DNA of 61,132 bases from Candidatus Rokuibacteriota bacterium (GTDB lineage: Bacteria; Methylomirabilota; Methylomirabilia; Rokubacteriales; CSP1-6), in assembly GCA_005887895.1 (NCBI GenBank), contig VBPC01000157.1:1-61132 (forward strand), given 5' to 3'. Position numbers and translations under genes: made by a program. Shown one piece after another: positions 46,226-56,974 of the stretch. The notes below the pieces were generated by a model. That model had not been told where the DNA came from and did not search any database. It saw only the letters and a program-made list of their open reading frames with translations. Every line of letters begins with the position of its first letter. Position 1 is the first letter of the stretch.

Positions 46226-47356
46226 ATGAAGCTCTATTACTTCAGCGAGATGCCGCACCACGAGTATCCCGACGCGGAGGGCGAGAAGTATCCGTCGTTG
46301 CGGCTGGGGTTCCCGAATCGCTTCTTCGATCGCGCCAAGGCCGCCGCCAATTATCAACGGTACCTCGACGAGTACGAGTACGCGGACCAGGTCGGCTACG
46401 ACGGGCTCATGATCAACGAGCACCATTCCACGCCGTCCTGCGTGAACGTCGGCGTCAACATGGCGGCGGCGCTGCTGGGGCGCACCACGAAGCGCGCGAA
46501 GCTGCTCATCCTCGGCAACATCCTGCCGATCGAGGACAACCCGGTGCGGATGGCCGAGCAGATCGCCATGGCCGACCTGATCTCGGGCGGTCGCGTGCTC
46601 TCGGGCTTCGTACGCGGCGTCGGCGTGGAGCAGTGGTGGGCCAACGCCAACCCGGTCCACAACCGCGAGCGCTTCGAGGAGTGCCACGATCTGATCCTGA
46701 AGTGCTGGACCGAGCCCGGCCCCTTCCGCTGGGAGGGCACGCACTACCATTTCCGTCACGTCAACCCGTGGTGCCTGCCGCTGCAGCAGCCGCACCCGCC
46801 GATCTGGATCCCCGGCACCGCCAGCCCCGAGACGGCCGTGTGGGCAGGGCAGCGCGGCTACACGTACGTGCCGTTCCTGGTGCCGTTCGACATCGCGCGC
46901 GAGCTGTTCGACTACTACCGCCAGGGCGCCGCCGAGGCTGGACGCGAGGTGACGCCCGACAACCTCGGCTTCCTGATCTGCGCGGTCACGGCCGACACGA
47001 GGGCGAAGGCCCTGGAGGCCGGTCGCCACTTCGTCTGGCGCATGGGCCCGACGCTGCGCGGGCCCATCGAGTGGTTCTCGCCGGTGGGCATGCGCTCGCG
47101 CGCCGGCAAGCAGTTCGCCCTGAAGGCGCGGCCGCGCTCGCTGGCCACGCTGAGCTACGAAGAGCTGGTGGCCGAGCGCTTCATCATCGCCGGCACGCCC
47201 GACGAGGTCGCCGACGGCTTCGCGCTCGTGCAGCGCGAGCTCGGCATCGGCCACCTCCTGCTGGAGGCCCAAGAATCGCGCATGGACCACGTCACCACGA
47301 TGCGCTCGATCGAGCTGATGGGCGCCAAGGTCATCCCGGCGATGGCCCGGCTATGA
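46226..47356 (+). CDS. luciferase-like (LLM) flavin-dependent monooxygenase
   Basis: GYDGLMINEHH, ADLISGGR...GFVRG, PLQQPHPPIW, IAGTPDEV. Confidence 0.92.
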   Translation: MKLYYFSEMPHHEYPDAEGEKYPSLRLGFPNRFFDRAKAAANYQRYLDEYEYADQVGYDGLMINEHHSTPSCVNVGVNMAAALLGRTTKRAKLLILGNILPIEDNPVRMAEQIAMADLISGGRVLSGFVRGVGVEQWWANANPVHNRERFEECHDLILKCWTEPGPFRWEGTHYHFRHVNPWCLPLQQPHPPIWIPGTASPETAVWAGQRGYTYVPFLVPFDIARELFDYYRQGAAEAGREVTPDNLGFLICAVTADTRAKALEAGRHFVWRMGPTLRGPIEWFSPVGMRSRAGKQFALKARPRSLATLSYEELVAERFIIAGTPDEVADGFALVQRELGIGHLLLEAQESRMDHVTTMRSIELMGAKVIPAMARL

Positions 47357-48495
47357 CCGGCTGCCTCGACGGCGTCCGCGTGCTGGAGCTGGCGCGGTTC
47401 CAGGCGGGGCCGCGCGGCGGCATGCTGCTCTCGGACCTCGGCGCCGAGGTCATCAAGATCGAGCCGCCCGGCGGCGAGGAAACGCGCCGGCATCCGCCGA
47501 TGGTGCGGGGCCAGAGCGTCTACTTCTCCGTCTACAACCGCGGCAAGAAGAGCCTCTGCCTCGATCTCCGCTCGCCGAAGGGCAAGGAGGTCTTCGCGGC
47601 GCTGGTGCCGAAAGCCGACATCGTGCTGGAAAACTTCCGGCCCGGCGTGATGGCGGCCATGGGATTCGCCTACGAGTCGCTGCAGGCGCTGAATCCGGGC
47701 ATCATCCTCGTGTCCGTGTCCGGCTTCGGGCAGTACGGGCCGTATCGCGACCGCCCGGCGTTCGACTCGCTCGGCCAGGCCATGGGCGGCCTCATGGCGC
47801 TGACGGGCCAGACCGAGGGCCATCCGATCGGCACGGCGTCGTCCGTCGTCGATCGCTACACCGCGCTGCACGCCACGATCGGCGCGCTCGCCGCCCTCCG
47901 TCATCGCGAGCGCACGGGACAAGGACAGGTCGTGGATGTATGTCTGCTCGATTCGGCGCTGACGATGGTCGAGATTCCCACGTCGTACTATCTGGCGACC
48001 GGCGCGGAGGGCGGCGAGGGCGGCCGCCCGCCGTACCAGGCGAAGGACGGCTGGGTCGTGATCGCCGCCGCCGGGCGCGACATGGCCGCGCGACTCATGA
48101 AGATGGTCGGCGGACCGGCCGACGACACGCCCCTGGCCGGCAGCTCGCCGGGCGCCGAGCGCCGCGCGAAGATCGAGGCGTGGTGCGCGGCGCGGACGGT
48201 GAGCCAGGTCTGCACCGCCCTGCTGGAGGCGGGGATCCCGGTCGCGCCGGTGCGCACGATCCCCGAGGTCGCGAACGACCCGCACCTGTGGCAGCGCCAG
48301 ATGCTGGTGAAGCAGGACGACCCGGTGGCCGGCGAGATGTACCTGCCGGGCGCGACGGTCAAGCTCTCGAAGACGCCGGCCCGCGTCGGCCCGGTGCCCA
48401 CGCCCGGCCAGCACACCGACGAGGTGCTGGGCCGCCTGCTCGGCTACGATCGCGCGGCGCTCGACGCGCTCCGCAAGGCGGGCGCGATCGCCTGA
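47353..48495 (+). CDS. family III CoA-transferase (CaiB/BaiF)
   Basis: LDGVRVLEL, LGAEVIKIEPP, NRGKKS, ENFRPG, PTPGQHT; ATGA overlap. Confidence 0.92.
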   Translation: MTGCLDGVRVLELARFQAGPRGGMLLSDLGAEVIKIEPPGGEETRRHPPMVRGQSVYFSVYNRGKKSLCLDLRSPKGKEVFAALVPKADIVLENFRPGVMAAMGFAYESLQALNPGIILVSVSGFGQYGPYRDRPAFDSLGQAMGGLMALTGQTEGHPIGTASSVVDRYTALHATIGALAALRHRERTGQGQVVDVCLLDSALTMVEIPTSYYLATGAEGGEGGRPPYQAKDGWVVIAAAGRDMAARLMKMVGGPADDTPLAGSSPGAERRAKIEAWCAARTVSQVCTALLEAGIPVAPVRTIPEVANDPHLWQRQMLVKQDDPVAGEMYLPGATVKLSKTPARVGPVPTPGQHTDEVLGRLLGYDRAALDALRKAGAIA

Positions 48496-48499
48496 CGAC

Positions 48500-49531
48500 G
48501 TGGCTACCGCCCGCGCGCGAATCCGCCGCCGGCAGCTGGCGGCGATCATGCTCGTCGCCTCCGCCATCACGCCCGTCTTCAACATCCTGACCAGCGAGCG
48601 CTCGCTCAGATCGGCGATCCAGGGCGTCGTCGACGCCATCCTCATTTCCCTTCTCGTCGGCGGCTACGTGCTGTTCGTCCACGACGGCTGGCTGCGTCCG
48701 TGGTTCCGGCGTCTCGGCTTCCGGGCCGACCTGGCGCTCAGCAGCGCCATCATGCTCGCGCTGTTCCTCGGCGGGCGCGCGGCCGGACAGGTGGTGACGA
48801 CGCTCCAGCCCGGTCGCTTCCTGACGAGCTTCACCGAGCCTCACTTGCGGTGGTATGCCCTGCCGTTCTTCGCCGTGATCGCGACGACGATCCAGTTCGT
48901 CATTCAGATGAATCGCCTGATCGGTGCCAACGTCCTGGGCTACTTCGCCGCCGGCGTCTACCACCGGCCGAAGGCGGAGGAGCGCATCTTCCTGTTCCTC
49001 GATCTCGAGGGCTCGACGCAGCTGGCCGAGCGGCTGGGCAGCGACGCCTACTTCGAGCTGCTGCGTCGCTTCGTGGACGACCTCACGGACCCCGTGATCG
49101 AGGCGGAGGGCGAGATCTACCAGTACGCGGGCGACGAGGTCGTGGTCACCTGGCCGCTCGAGGCCGGCGTGCGCGACGCCAATTGCGTCCGTTGCTTCTT
49201 CGCCATCCGGGCCGCGCTCGCACGCCGCGCGGCCCGGTACGAGCGCGACTTCGGGACCGTCCCGCGATTTCGCGGCGGGTTGCACGGCGGCACCGTCACG
49301 GCCGGCGAGCTGGGCGATCTCCGGCGGCAGATCGTCTTCGTCGGCGACATCCTCAACACCGCCGCCCGCCTGGAGGAGTATGCGAAGCGGACGGGCCTCG
49401 ATCTGGTGGCGTCGGGGGCGCTGCTGGAGCGGCTCGCGCTGCCCGCCGAGGTCGAGGCGAAGCACTGCGGCGAGCTCGCCCTCCGGGGCAAGGAGGCCCG
49501 GGTGACTGCGTACGGCTTGACGGGCGCCTAG
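48500..49531 (+). CDS. membrane-bound class III adenylate/guanylate cyclase
   Basis: N-terminal TM helices; FLFLDLEGST, YAGDEV, GDILNTAARLE. Confidence 0.88.
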   Translation: MATARARIRRRQLAAIMLVASAITPVFNILTSERSLRSAIQGVVDAILISLLVGGYVLFVHDGWLRPWFRRLGFRADLALSSAIMLALFLGGRAAGQVVTTLQPGRFLTSFTEPHLRWYALPFFAVIATTIQFVIQMNRLIGANVLGYFAAGVYHRPKAEERIFLFLDLEGSTQLAERLGSDAYFELLRRFVDDLTDPVIEAEGEIYQYAGDEVVVTWPLEAGVRDANCVRCFFAIRAALARRAARYERDFGTVPRFRGGLHGGTVTAGELGDLRRQIVFVGDILNTAARLEEYAKRTGLDLVASGALLERLALPAEVEAKHCGELALRGKEARVTAYGLTGA

Positions 49532-50502
49532 GTCTCTACGCGGTAGAGGCCGAGCGTCTTCAGCAGCGGCACGTCCTGCACCGAGTAGAGGATCGCCGGC
49601 GCCCGGCCGGGGTTGGCGTGAGCGTGGACCGCGCGGGGCGGGATCGCGAAGAAGTCGCCCTCGCCCCACTCGTGGCGGACGCCGTCGATCTCGGTGACGC
49701 CGGCGCCGGCGACCACGTGATAGACCGCGCTCGACGTCTCGCGGTGCGCGCGCGTGCGCACGCCCGGCCGCAGCATCTGCAGGTAGCAGCCGACGGCGGG
49801 GACGACCGAGCGCCCGGTGACCGGATCGAGGTACTCCACGAGGACGTCGTCGAACGGGTCCGGCTCGCCCGCCGAGCGTCGCAGCAGCTCGGCGTACGCC
49901 GTCTCCCAGCGGTAGTGCCGGTGGCGCGCGGGCGGCCCGGAGCGTACCGGCTGTGTCTCGCCCTCGTAGGCGTCCATCGCGAGGTTCTCGAGATAGCGCA
50001 CGACCGGCGAGTCGAGCGCGTCGGTCCAGATGACCGGCTCGGTCCCCTCGTTGCCGTGGTCGTGCCAGGTCATGCTCGGCGTGACGACCAGGTCGCCGCG
50101 CCGCATGACGAACTTGTCGCCCTCGATGGTCGTGTAGGCGCCCTCGCCGTGGAGCATGAAGCGGATCGCGCTGGGCGTGTGGCGGTGGGCGGGCGCCACC
50201 TCGCCCGGCAGCAGGTACTGCACCGCGACCGAGATCGTGTGGCCCGACGTCCGCTCCGGCACGCCCGGGTTGTCCAGTCGCAGGATCCGGCGCTCGGCGC
50301 CGCGCCCCGGCGCCATGAACTCCGGCGTGCGCCGTACCAGCGGCTCGATCTCCCGCCAGCGCCAGACGCGCGCCTGCATGGCGGAGGCCTTGGGCCGGAT
50401 GAGCGGCCCCGGCTGCAGCCAGGGCGCGTCGAGCCCGGCCGCCGACAGCGTCGAGACGAAATCGGTGCGAGCGGTGGTGGCGGCGGTCGTCCGGATGCTC
50501 AT
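49528..50502 (-). CDS. gentisate 1,2-dioxygenase-like bicupin
   Basis: AERRILRLDNPG, QYLLPGEVAPAHRHTPSAIRF, TWHDHGN, GDFFAIP...HAH. Confidence 0.88.
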   Translation of the reverse strand: MSIRTTAATTARTDFVSTLSAAGLDAPWLQPGPLIRPKASAMQARVWRWREIEPLVRRTPEFMAPGRGAERRILRLDNPGVPERTSGHTISVAVQYLLPGEVAPAHRHTPSAIRFMLHGEGAYTTIEGDKFVMRRGDLVVTPSMTWHDHGNEGTEPVIWTDALDSPVVRYLENLAMDAYEGETQPVRSGPPARHRHYRWETAYAELLRRSAGEPDPFDDVLVEYLDPVTGRSVVPAVGCYLQMLRPGVRTRAHRETSSAVYHVVAGAGVTEIDGVRHEWGEGDFFAIPPRAVHAHANPGRAPAILYSVQDVPLLKTLGLYRVET

Positions 50503-50524
50503 GGCCGGCAGTGTACTCCCGGGC

Positions 50525-51325
50525 TCACGCGTGCGGGATCCACGGCCAGTACTTCGCCAGCGCTCCCGCGTCGACGCGCAGGTCCAGCCCGGTGATCATC
50601 TCGGCGTCGTCGGAGGCGAGGAACACCGCGGCCTTCGCGTAGTGCCGGGGGCTGGGCAGGCGATCCATCGGGAGCATCTTCTGGAAGTCGAGCGCACGGC
50701 CGCGCGGCTCCGGCCGGGCCCGACCCCAGCCGGCCGCGCGCGCGAGGCCTTCCTCGACGTCGGTCGCCGTCGGCGTGAGGCTGTTGACGCGGATGCCGTG
50801 CCGCACGAGGTCCATGGCGGCGGCGCGCGTGAAGTTGAGCAGCCCGCTCTTGCTCGTGCAGTAGCCGATGTTGCCGGCCTGGCCCTGGTGGCCGGCCGTG
50901 GACACGATCACGATGATGCTGCCGCGCGTGCCCCGCTCGACCATCACGCGCGCGACGTGCTTGGTGCACAGGAAGGTGCCCGTGAGGTTGACGGCGAGCT
51001 GACGGTTCCAGCGCTCGAGCTCCATCTCGAGCACGCTCTGGCCGCCGAGGATGCCGGCGTTGTTGACGAGGACGTCGACGCGGCCGTAGGTGTCGCGCAC
51101 ACGCGCGACCATCGCGGCCACCTGCCCCTCGTCGGTGACGTCGCCGGCGATGCCGAGCGCCTGGCCGCCCCGCTTGGTGATCCAGTCGGCGCACCGGATG
51201 GCGTTGTCGGCCACCACGTCCACGCACACGACGGTGGCGCCCTCGTCGGCCAGGCCCTCGGCGATGCCACCGCCGATGTTGGGGCTCGTGCCCGTCACGA
51301 TCGCGACCTTTCCGGCGAGCTTCAC
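50525..51325 (-). CDS. short-chain dehydrogenase/reductase
   Basis: GKVAIVTG, VDVLVNNAG, YCTSK (YxxxK), IRVNSL. Confidence 0.92.
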   Translation of the reverse strand: MKLAGKVAIVTGTSPNIGGGIAEGLADEGATVVCVDVVADNAIRCADWITKRGGQALGIAGDVTDEGQVAAMVARVRDTYGRVDVLVNNAGILGGQSVLEMELERWNRQLAVNLTGTFLCTKHVARVMVERGTRGSIIVIVSTAGHQGQAGNIGYCTSKSGLLNFTRAAAMDLVRHGIRVNSLTPTATDVEEGLARAAGWGRARPEPRGRALDFQKMLPMDRLPSPRHYAKAAVFLASDDAEMITGLDLRVDAGALAKYWPWIPHA

Positions 51326-51393
51326 GGGGTTTCTCCTCTAGTCGACGTGCTCCGCGAGGGAGACGACTATAATCGTCGCTGCGGAGCCGGTCA

Positions 51394-53033
51394 ATGCATT
51401 GGCGTCCCGTCGCGATGCTCGTGTCGATTCTCCTGGCCGGTCACGGCTGCGTGGGCCGGCCGGCGGCGCCGCCGCCGGCGCTCGCCGCCCTCGTCCGCGC
51501 CTGGGACGCCGACCTCGCCCCCTACAACCCGTTCACGGCCAGCGAGCTGGGGCAGCGCCAGTACGACCGGATCCTGGCCAACGACATCGGTGACGAATAC
51601 CGGGCCGGGATGGAAGGGCTCTGCACCCGGTATCGCACCGAGCTGCGGCGCCTCGATCCCGCCCCGCTGAGCGGCGACGAGCGGGTGACGTACGACGTCT
51701 TCGCCTTCCGGCTCGACACCTGCCTGGACGGCTACCGGTTCCCGTGGCACTTGCTGCCCGTCAACCACGTCGGGCGCAGCTGGCCGAGCCGCTTCCCGAT
51801 CGTCGGCGCTGGCAAGGGGAGCCATCCGTTCAAGACCGCCCGGAACTATGAGGACTTTCTCGGCCGCATCGACGGCTTCGTGGTCTGGATGGACACGGCG
51901 ATCGCGAACATGCGCATCGGTATGGCCCGCGGCATCACCCAGCCGCGAATCGTCATGCTCCGCGTGCTGCCGCAGCTCGACACGCACATCGTCGAGGATC
52001 CGCAGGCGAGCCTGTTCTACGAGCCGATCCGGAATTTCCCGGCGAACTTCGACGAGGCCACGCGCCGGGACCTGACCGCGAAGTACGTCACGGCGATCCA
52101 GCAGAAGATCGTGCCGGCCTACCGGCGCCTGCGCGCGTTCGTCCTGGACGAGTACCTGCCGAAGTGTCGCACCTCCTCGGGCCTGGGCGCGCTGCCCGAC
52201 GGCCGCGCGTGGTACGCCTCGGCCGTTCGCGTCTCGACCACGACCGAGATGACGCCGGACGAGATCTACGAGCTCGCCATGCCGTCGAGGACCTGCTGAA
52301 CGGGTATGCCGGCCTGCGCGCCGCGGTCGACGAGGCGATGCCGAGGCTCTTCGGCCGTTTCCCGCGGGCGGGCTTCGAGATCCGTCCGATCGAGGCGTTC
52401 CGCGAGCGCTCGATGCCGTCGAGCTACGAGGCGGCGGCGCCGGACGGCTCGCGCCCTGGCGTCTTCTATCTCAACAGCGCCGATCTTCGCAGCAGCGGCG
52501 GCGCGGCCGTGACCCGTCACCTCTACCTGCACGAGGCCGTGCCCGGTCATCACTTCCAGATGACGCTGCAGCGCGAGAATACGAGCCTGCCGGCGTTCCG
52601 CCGTTTCGGCTGGTACACGGCGTTCGGCGAGGGCTGGGCGCTGTACGCCGAGAGCCTGGGCACGGATCTGGGCGTCTATCCCAGTCGCGCGGACCGGCTC
52701 GGGATGCTGGGGGGCGAGCTGTTCCGGGCCTCGCGGCTGGTCGTCGACGTCGGTCTTCACGCCAAGGGCTGGACGCGCGAGCAGGCCATCGAGTACCTGG
52801 GCGGGCCGACGCCCGACAACGAGCGGGAGGTCGAGCGCTACATGGCGTGGCCCGGCCAGGCGCTCGGCTACAAGATCGGCCAGCTGAAGATCCTGGCCCT
52901 GCGGAGGAGGGCCGAGGCGGCGCTGGGCGCCTCGTTCGACATCCGAGCCTTCCACGACGAGCTCCTCCGCGACGGCGCCCTGCCGCTGACGGTGCTGGAG
53001 GCCAAGATGGACCGCTGGATCGAGATCCGTTAG
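51394..53033 (+). pseudogene. DUF885-family lipoprotein split by an internal deletion/frameshift
   Basis: N-half ends EMTPDEIYELA then shifts frame at ~52280; the C-half resumes EDLLNGY...PGVFYLN...HEAVPGHH...EGWALYAE...PGQALGYKIG. Confidence 0.8.
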
Positions 53034-53037
53034 ACAT

Positions 53038-53108
53038 GGGGGGCCTCGAAGGGCCCCCCAAATCCCCATGGTGGCTCGGGCCGCCCCGGCGGAGCCGTGA
53101 CGGCCCTC
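53038..53108 (+). repeat. two-hairpin repeat copy
   Basis: GGGGGGCC-TCGAAG-GGCCCCCC, linker, GGGCCG..CGGC-GGA-GCCG..CGGCCC; 4 nt after TAG. Confidence 0.85.
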
Positions 53109-53114
53109 GGTCTC

Positions 53115-54368
53115 CTAAAGCGTCGCGGTCGCTTTCTTCTGCTCTTGCAGGTAGCGGACGGAGACGCGCTCGAGGGGGACGGCGTCCGGCGCCAGGCCGT
53201 CGGGATTCCGGTAGTCGAAGCTGGCGTCACGGCCACCGTAGTGCTTGGTGACGACGAGCCGGCGCCACTGGATCACCTCGGCGTCGGTGCCCGAGAGCTT
53301 CTCGGGTGTGTCGTAGCGCTGGTTCAGCATCACGGCCTCGTCCTGGCGCGAGAAGTTGTACTCGATGATCCACCGGCGAAGCGTGGCGTACATCAGCCGG
53401 TCCCACAGCCGCCGCGTGGCGGCCTTCGGGCGCGTGCAGTGGTAGTACCAGACGCGCGTGAGGTCCTCGTCGACCGGCACGCACATCCGCGTGTAGAGAT
53501 CCCAGCCGAACTCGGCGCGGAACATGCCGGGCAGATGATGACCGCCGCACCACCGGGCCGACCGGGGCGGCGGAATGTTGCGCCGGGCGCGCTCGGCCAG
53601 CGGCCTGGTGAGCCACGTGAAGAAGCGCCGGTAGTTCGTCTTCGGCCAGCGCCACCCGTTGGGATAGAAGTCCTGGGCCGGGTTACGACGCATGTAGTTG
53701 CTCTCGGCCACGTCGCCGCCGAAGCCGTTGCCGACGAAGATCGGATGCTCGCCCTGGGCGCCGCGCGCGATGAAGCCCGCGCGCGCCACCACGAGCGCAT
53801 TGCGGTGCACGTAGTTGACGTGCGAGTCCATCGAGTTCTCGAGCGCGACCTCCCAGTTGCACTTCCAGTAGACCTGGCCGACCTGCACGAGGGCGTCGTC
53901 GAAGAACTCCTCGGGCACGTCCTCGTCGATCGGCGCCGGGTCGGCGTCCCCGATCCACACGAACACCAGGCCCTTGAGCGTGCGCGTGGGATAGATCCGC
54001 GCCTCGGTGCCCGGCTTGCCGCACACGCCGGAGTCGGGCCCTTCGGACAGCACCGCGACGTTCTTGCCGGAGTCGTCGAAGACCCAGCCGTGATAGGGAC
54101 ACGCGACGGTGCCCCGGTAGTGGCACGTGCCTTCGCTCAGGCGGGCGCCGCGGTGCGGACACACGTCCTGGATGGCGGCGACGGCGCCGGTGGCCCCGCG
54201 GAAGAAGCAGATCTCCTCGCCCAGGAGCGCGACCTTGGTCGGGCGGCGCCGGCCGACCTTCGCGTCGGCGATCGCCGGGTACCAGTAGTTGCGCAGGCCG
54301 AGCTTGGGAATCAGCGGCCGGATGTCGCCGCTCAGCTTCGGGATGGCGCCGTCGCCGGTCGTGCTCAT
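53115..54368 (-). CDS. Rieske non-heme iron oxygenase, alpha subunit
   Basis: LRNYWYP, DVCPHRG, CPYHGW, ENSMDSHVNYVH, QDEAV. Confidence 0.9.
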   Translation of the reverse strand: MSTTGDGAIPKLSGDIRPLIPKLGLRNYWYPAIADAKVGRRRPTKVALLGEEICFFRGATGAVAAIQDVCPHRGARLSEGTCHYRGTVACPYHGWVFDDSGKNVAVLSEGPDSGVCGKPGTEARIYPTRTLKGLVFVWIGDADPAPIDEDVPEEFFDDALVQVGQVYWKCNWEVALENSMDSHVNYVHRNALVVARAGFIARGAQGEHPIFVGNGFGGDVAESNYMRRNPAQDFYPNGWRWPKTNYRRFFTWLTRPLAERARRNIPPPRSARWCGGHHLPGMFRAEFGWDLYTRMCVPVDEDLTRVWYYHCTRPKAATRRLWDRLMYATLRRWIIEYNFSRQDEAVMLNQRYDTPEKLSGTDAEVIQWRRLVVTKHYGGRDASFDYRNPDGLAPDAVPLERVSVRYLQEQKKATATL

Positions 54369-54416
54369 GACCTCGGCCTCCTGCCGCCCTGACGGGATCT
54401 GGGGAGGCCTATCGTA

Positions 54417-54760
54417 CTACCGCGCCACGCCGAAGGCGGCCGCCTTCCACCGGGGGTCGTCGGAGGCATCGAGCCGGTCGCGCACGGCGCGCAGCAGCCG
54501 CCCGGCCGCGGTCTCGCCCCAGAACCAGCGCGCGATCTCCTCGCCGCCGGCCGTCGGCCGGGCGACCATCCGGCTCTCGTAGTACAGCGTCTTGAGGTCG
54601 TCGGCGCTCCAGCGGATGAACGCCGGCAGCGGCACGTCGGCCGGCCGGCCCGCCACGTCGCCGTCCCCGCCGGCCACGAAGCGCTGAAGGAACGTCGCGA
54701 CCTCGGGGAAGCGCTCGGGCGCAAGGCCGCTGTCTCGGGCAGGCGGTCGAGTCGTGGCAT
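54417..54760 (-). pseudogene. gene remnant: 10-codon N-terminus joined out of frame to a C-terminal domain
   Basis: ATG 54760 gives MPRLDRLPET, then a frameshift at ~54731 into GLAPERFPEV...FIRWSADDLK...WFWGETAAG...AAFGVAR*; from recollection this resembles GrdB-like selenoprotein-family genes (unverified). Confidence 0.55.
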
Positions 54761-54792
54761 CGGGCGCGCGATGCTCCGTCGGGCGGTGTCGG

Positions 54793-56974
54793 TCAGCGCG
54801 TGGCCGGCCGGGAGGCGGCCAGCGCGGCGAACACGCGGGCGGGCGTCACGGGCAGCATGGTGATCGAGACACCGGATCCCGCCAGAGCGTCGCACACCGC
54901 GTTGGCGATGGCGGCACCGAGCCCGGGGTTGCCGCACTCGCCGAGGCCGCGAAGGCCGAGCGGGTTGGTCGTCGCCCGCACCTCCTGATAGAAGCCGTCG
55001 ACCGGCGGCACGTCAGCGGCCAGGGGCAGCGCATAGTCCATCAGCGTTCCTGACAGGAGCTGGCCGTCGGCGTCGTAGACGAGGCTCTCGTGCAGCGTGT
55101 TGCCGATGCCGAAGGCGACGCCGCCCACGAGCTGCGCGTCGACCAGCGCCGGATTGACCGCGCGCCCGACGTCGGCGCCGACCACCACGCGCCGGAGCGC
55201 GACGACGCCCGTCTCGGGGTCGACGTCGAGCACGACCGCGCAGGCACAGCCGGCGTACGTCACCTTGGGGACCTCGAACGAGGCGCCGGCAGCCAGCCGA
55301 CGCTCCGCGGCCAGCTCGGCCAGGGTCACCCGCCGGCCGTCGGCCTGGAGCATGCCGCGCGCGTAGGCGACCTCGCTCTCGGCCAGGCCCCAGCGCGCCG
55401 CCGCTCGCGAGCGCGCCTCGACGATGAGCTTGTCGGCCGCGAGCTGCGCGGCGTTGCCGGCGGTGACGGTGCCGCGCGAGCCGTAGGTGCCGACGCCGCT
55501 CTCGACGGCGGCGGTATCGGCGTGGCGCACGTCGAAGCGTTCGGCCGGCAGGCCGAGCGCCTCGCCGAGAATCTGGGCCAGGACCGTCTCGAGGCCCGGG
55601 CCCATCGACGAGGCGCCGGTGTCCACCAGCAGCCGGCCGTCGGCGCGCGCCTCTACCTGCGTCGTCTCGAACGGGCCGAGGCCGGTCTTCTCGACGTACA
55701 CCGCCAGGCCGATGCCGCGGCGAGTCGTCGCGGCTCGTGCGTTGTGGGCCGCCTGCTCGGCCCGCGCGCGGTCGTAGTCGAGCCGGCGCAGCAACTCGGC
55801 GAAGAGCGCCGGGAAATCGCCGGAGTCATAGACCGTGCTCACGCCGAACGACTTCGTGCCGCAGTCGTAAGGCATCTCGTCAGGGCGGACGAGATTGCGC
55901 CGGCGCAGCTCGGCGGGATCGAGACCGAGCCGGGCGGCGCCGAGGTCGAGCAGCCGCTCGCGCACGAAGTTGCACTCCGGACGGCCGGGCGAGCGCAGCG
56001 TGCCGGCCGGCGTCTTGTTGGTGACGACGGACCACAGATCGCACGCGTAGTTCGGCACCCGGTAGGGGCCGGGCAGCAGCGCCGCGCCGAACTCGGCCGG
56101 GACGAGCGCGGCGGTGCGCACGTAGGCGCCGATGTCGGCGTGGATGATCGCGCGGATGCCGAGGATGTGCCCGTCGCCGTCGAAGCCGATGTCGATCTGG
56201 TAGCCGGCCTCGCGGGCGTGGTTCGCTGCCATGAGGTTCTCGCGCCGGCTCTCCACCCACTTCACTGGCCGGCCGAGCTTCAGGGCCGCCAGCGGGACCA
56301 GGATGTCCTCGGGGTAGAGCTCGCCACGGACGCCGAAGCCGCCGCCGACGTCGACCTCGGTCAGCCGCAGGGCGCCGACCGGGATGCCGAAGATCGGCGC
56401 CAGGATCGTCCGGTTGATGTGGATGCACTTCGTCGAGCCGATCAGGTGCAGCTCGCCGCCCCGCGGATCCGGAGGCACCGCGACCAGTCCCCGCGTCTCC
56501 AGAGCGGCCGCCGTCTGGCGCGGGTAGGCGAAGCGCTCGCGGATCACGACGGCGGCGCGCGCCAGGGCGGCGTCGGCGTCACCCACGCGCATGGCGATGG
56601 TGGCGACGTTGTTGGAGTCGGTGGAGGCGAAGAGCCGCGGGGCACCGGGCGCCAGCGCGGCGACCACCGAGGCGCACGCCGGCAGCGGCTCGTAGACGGC
56701 GTCGAGCAGGTCGAGCGCGTCGCGGGCGAGGTACGGATCGTCGGCGACGACCAGCGCGACCGGCTCACCGACGATCGGCCGCCGTCAGGACGGCGCGGAC
56801 TCCGGCCAGCTCGCGCGCCCGCCCGGCGTCCACCGAGAGGAGCCGGGCGTGGGCGTGCGGCGAGCGCAGCACGGCGGCGTGCAGCAGGCCCGGCGGACGC
56901 ACGTCGTCGACGAACCGGCCGGCGCCGGCGGCGAGCCGGTCGCCGCCGAGCCGCGGATGCGCCTGGCCGATCAT
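54793..56974 (-). pseudogene. xanthine dehydrogenase/CoxL-like molybdopterin-binding subunit, frameshifted by an internal deletion
   Basis: GRFVDD...LRSPHAHARL...VLTAAD stops at 56765; VGEPVALVVA resumes in another frame at 56772; DVGGGFG, LRSPG, GTYGSR, GLGECG downstream. Confidence 0.85.

Noticed and set aside
54385-54412. GGCCTCCCCAGATCCC on the minus strand, resembling part of the repeat
   Set aside because: Only a half-stem and linker; not counted as a copy.
29830-56780. Split genes as programmed frameshifts or UGA readthrough
   Set aside because: Conserved segments are physically missing at the junctions, and there are no slippery heptamers or in-frame continuation past the stops.
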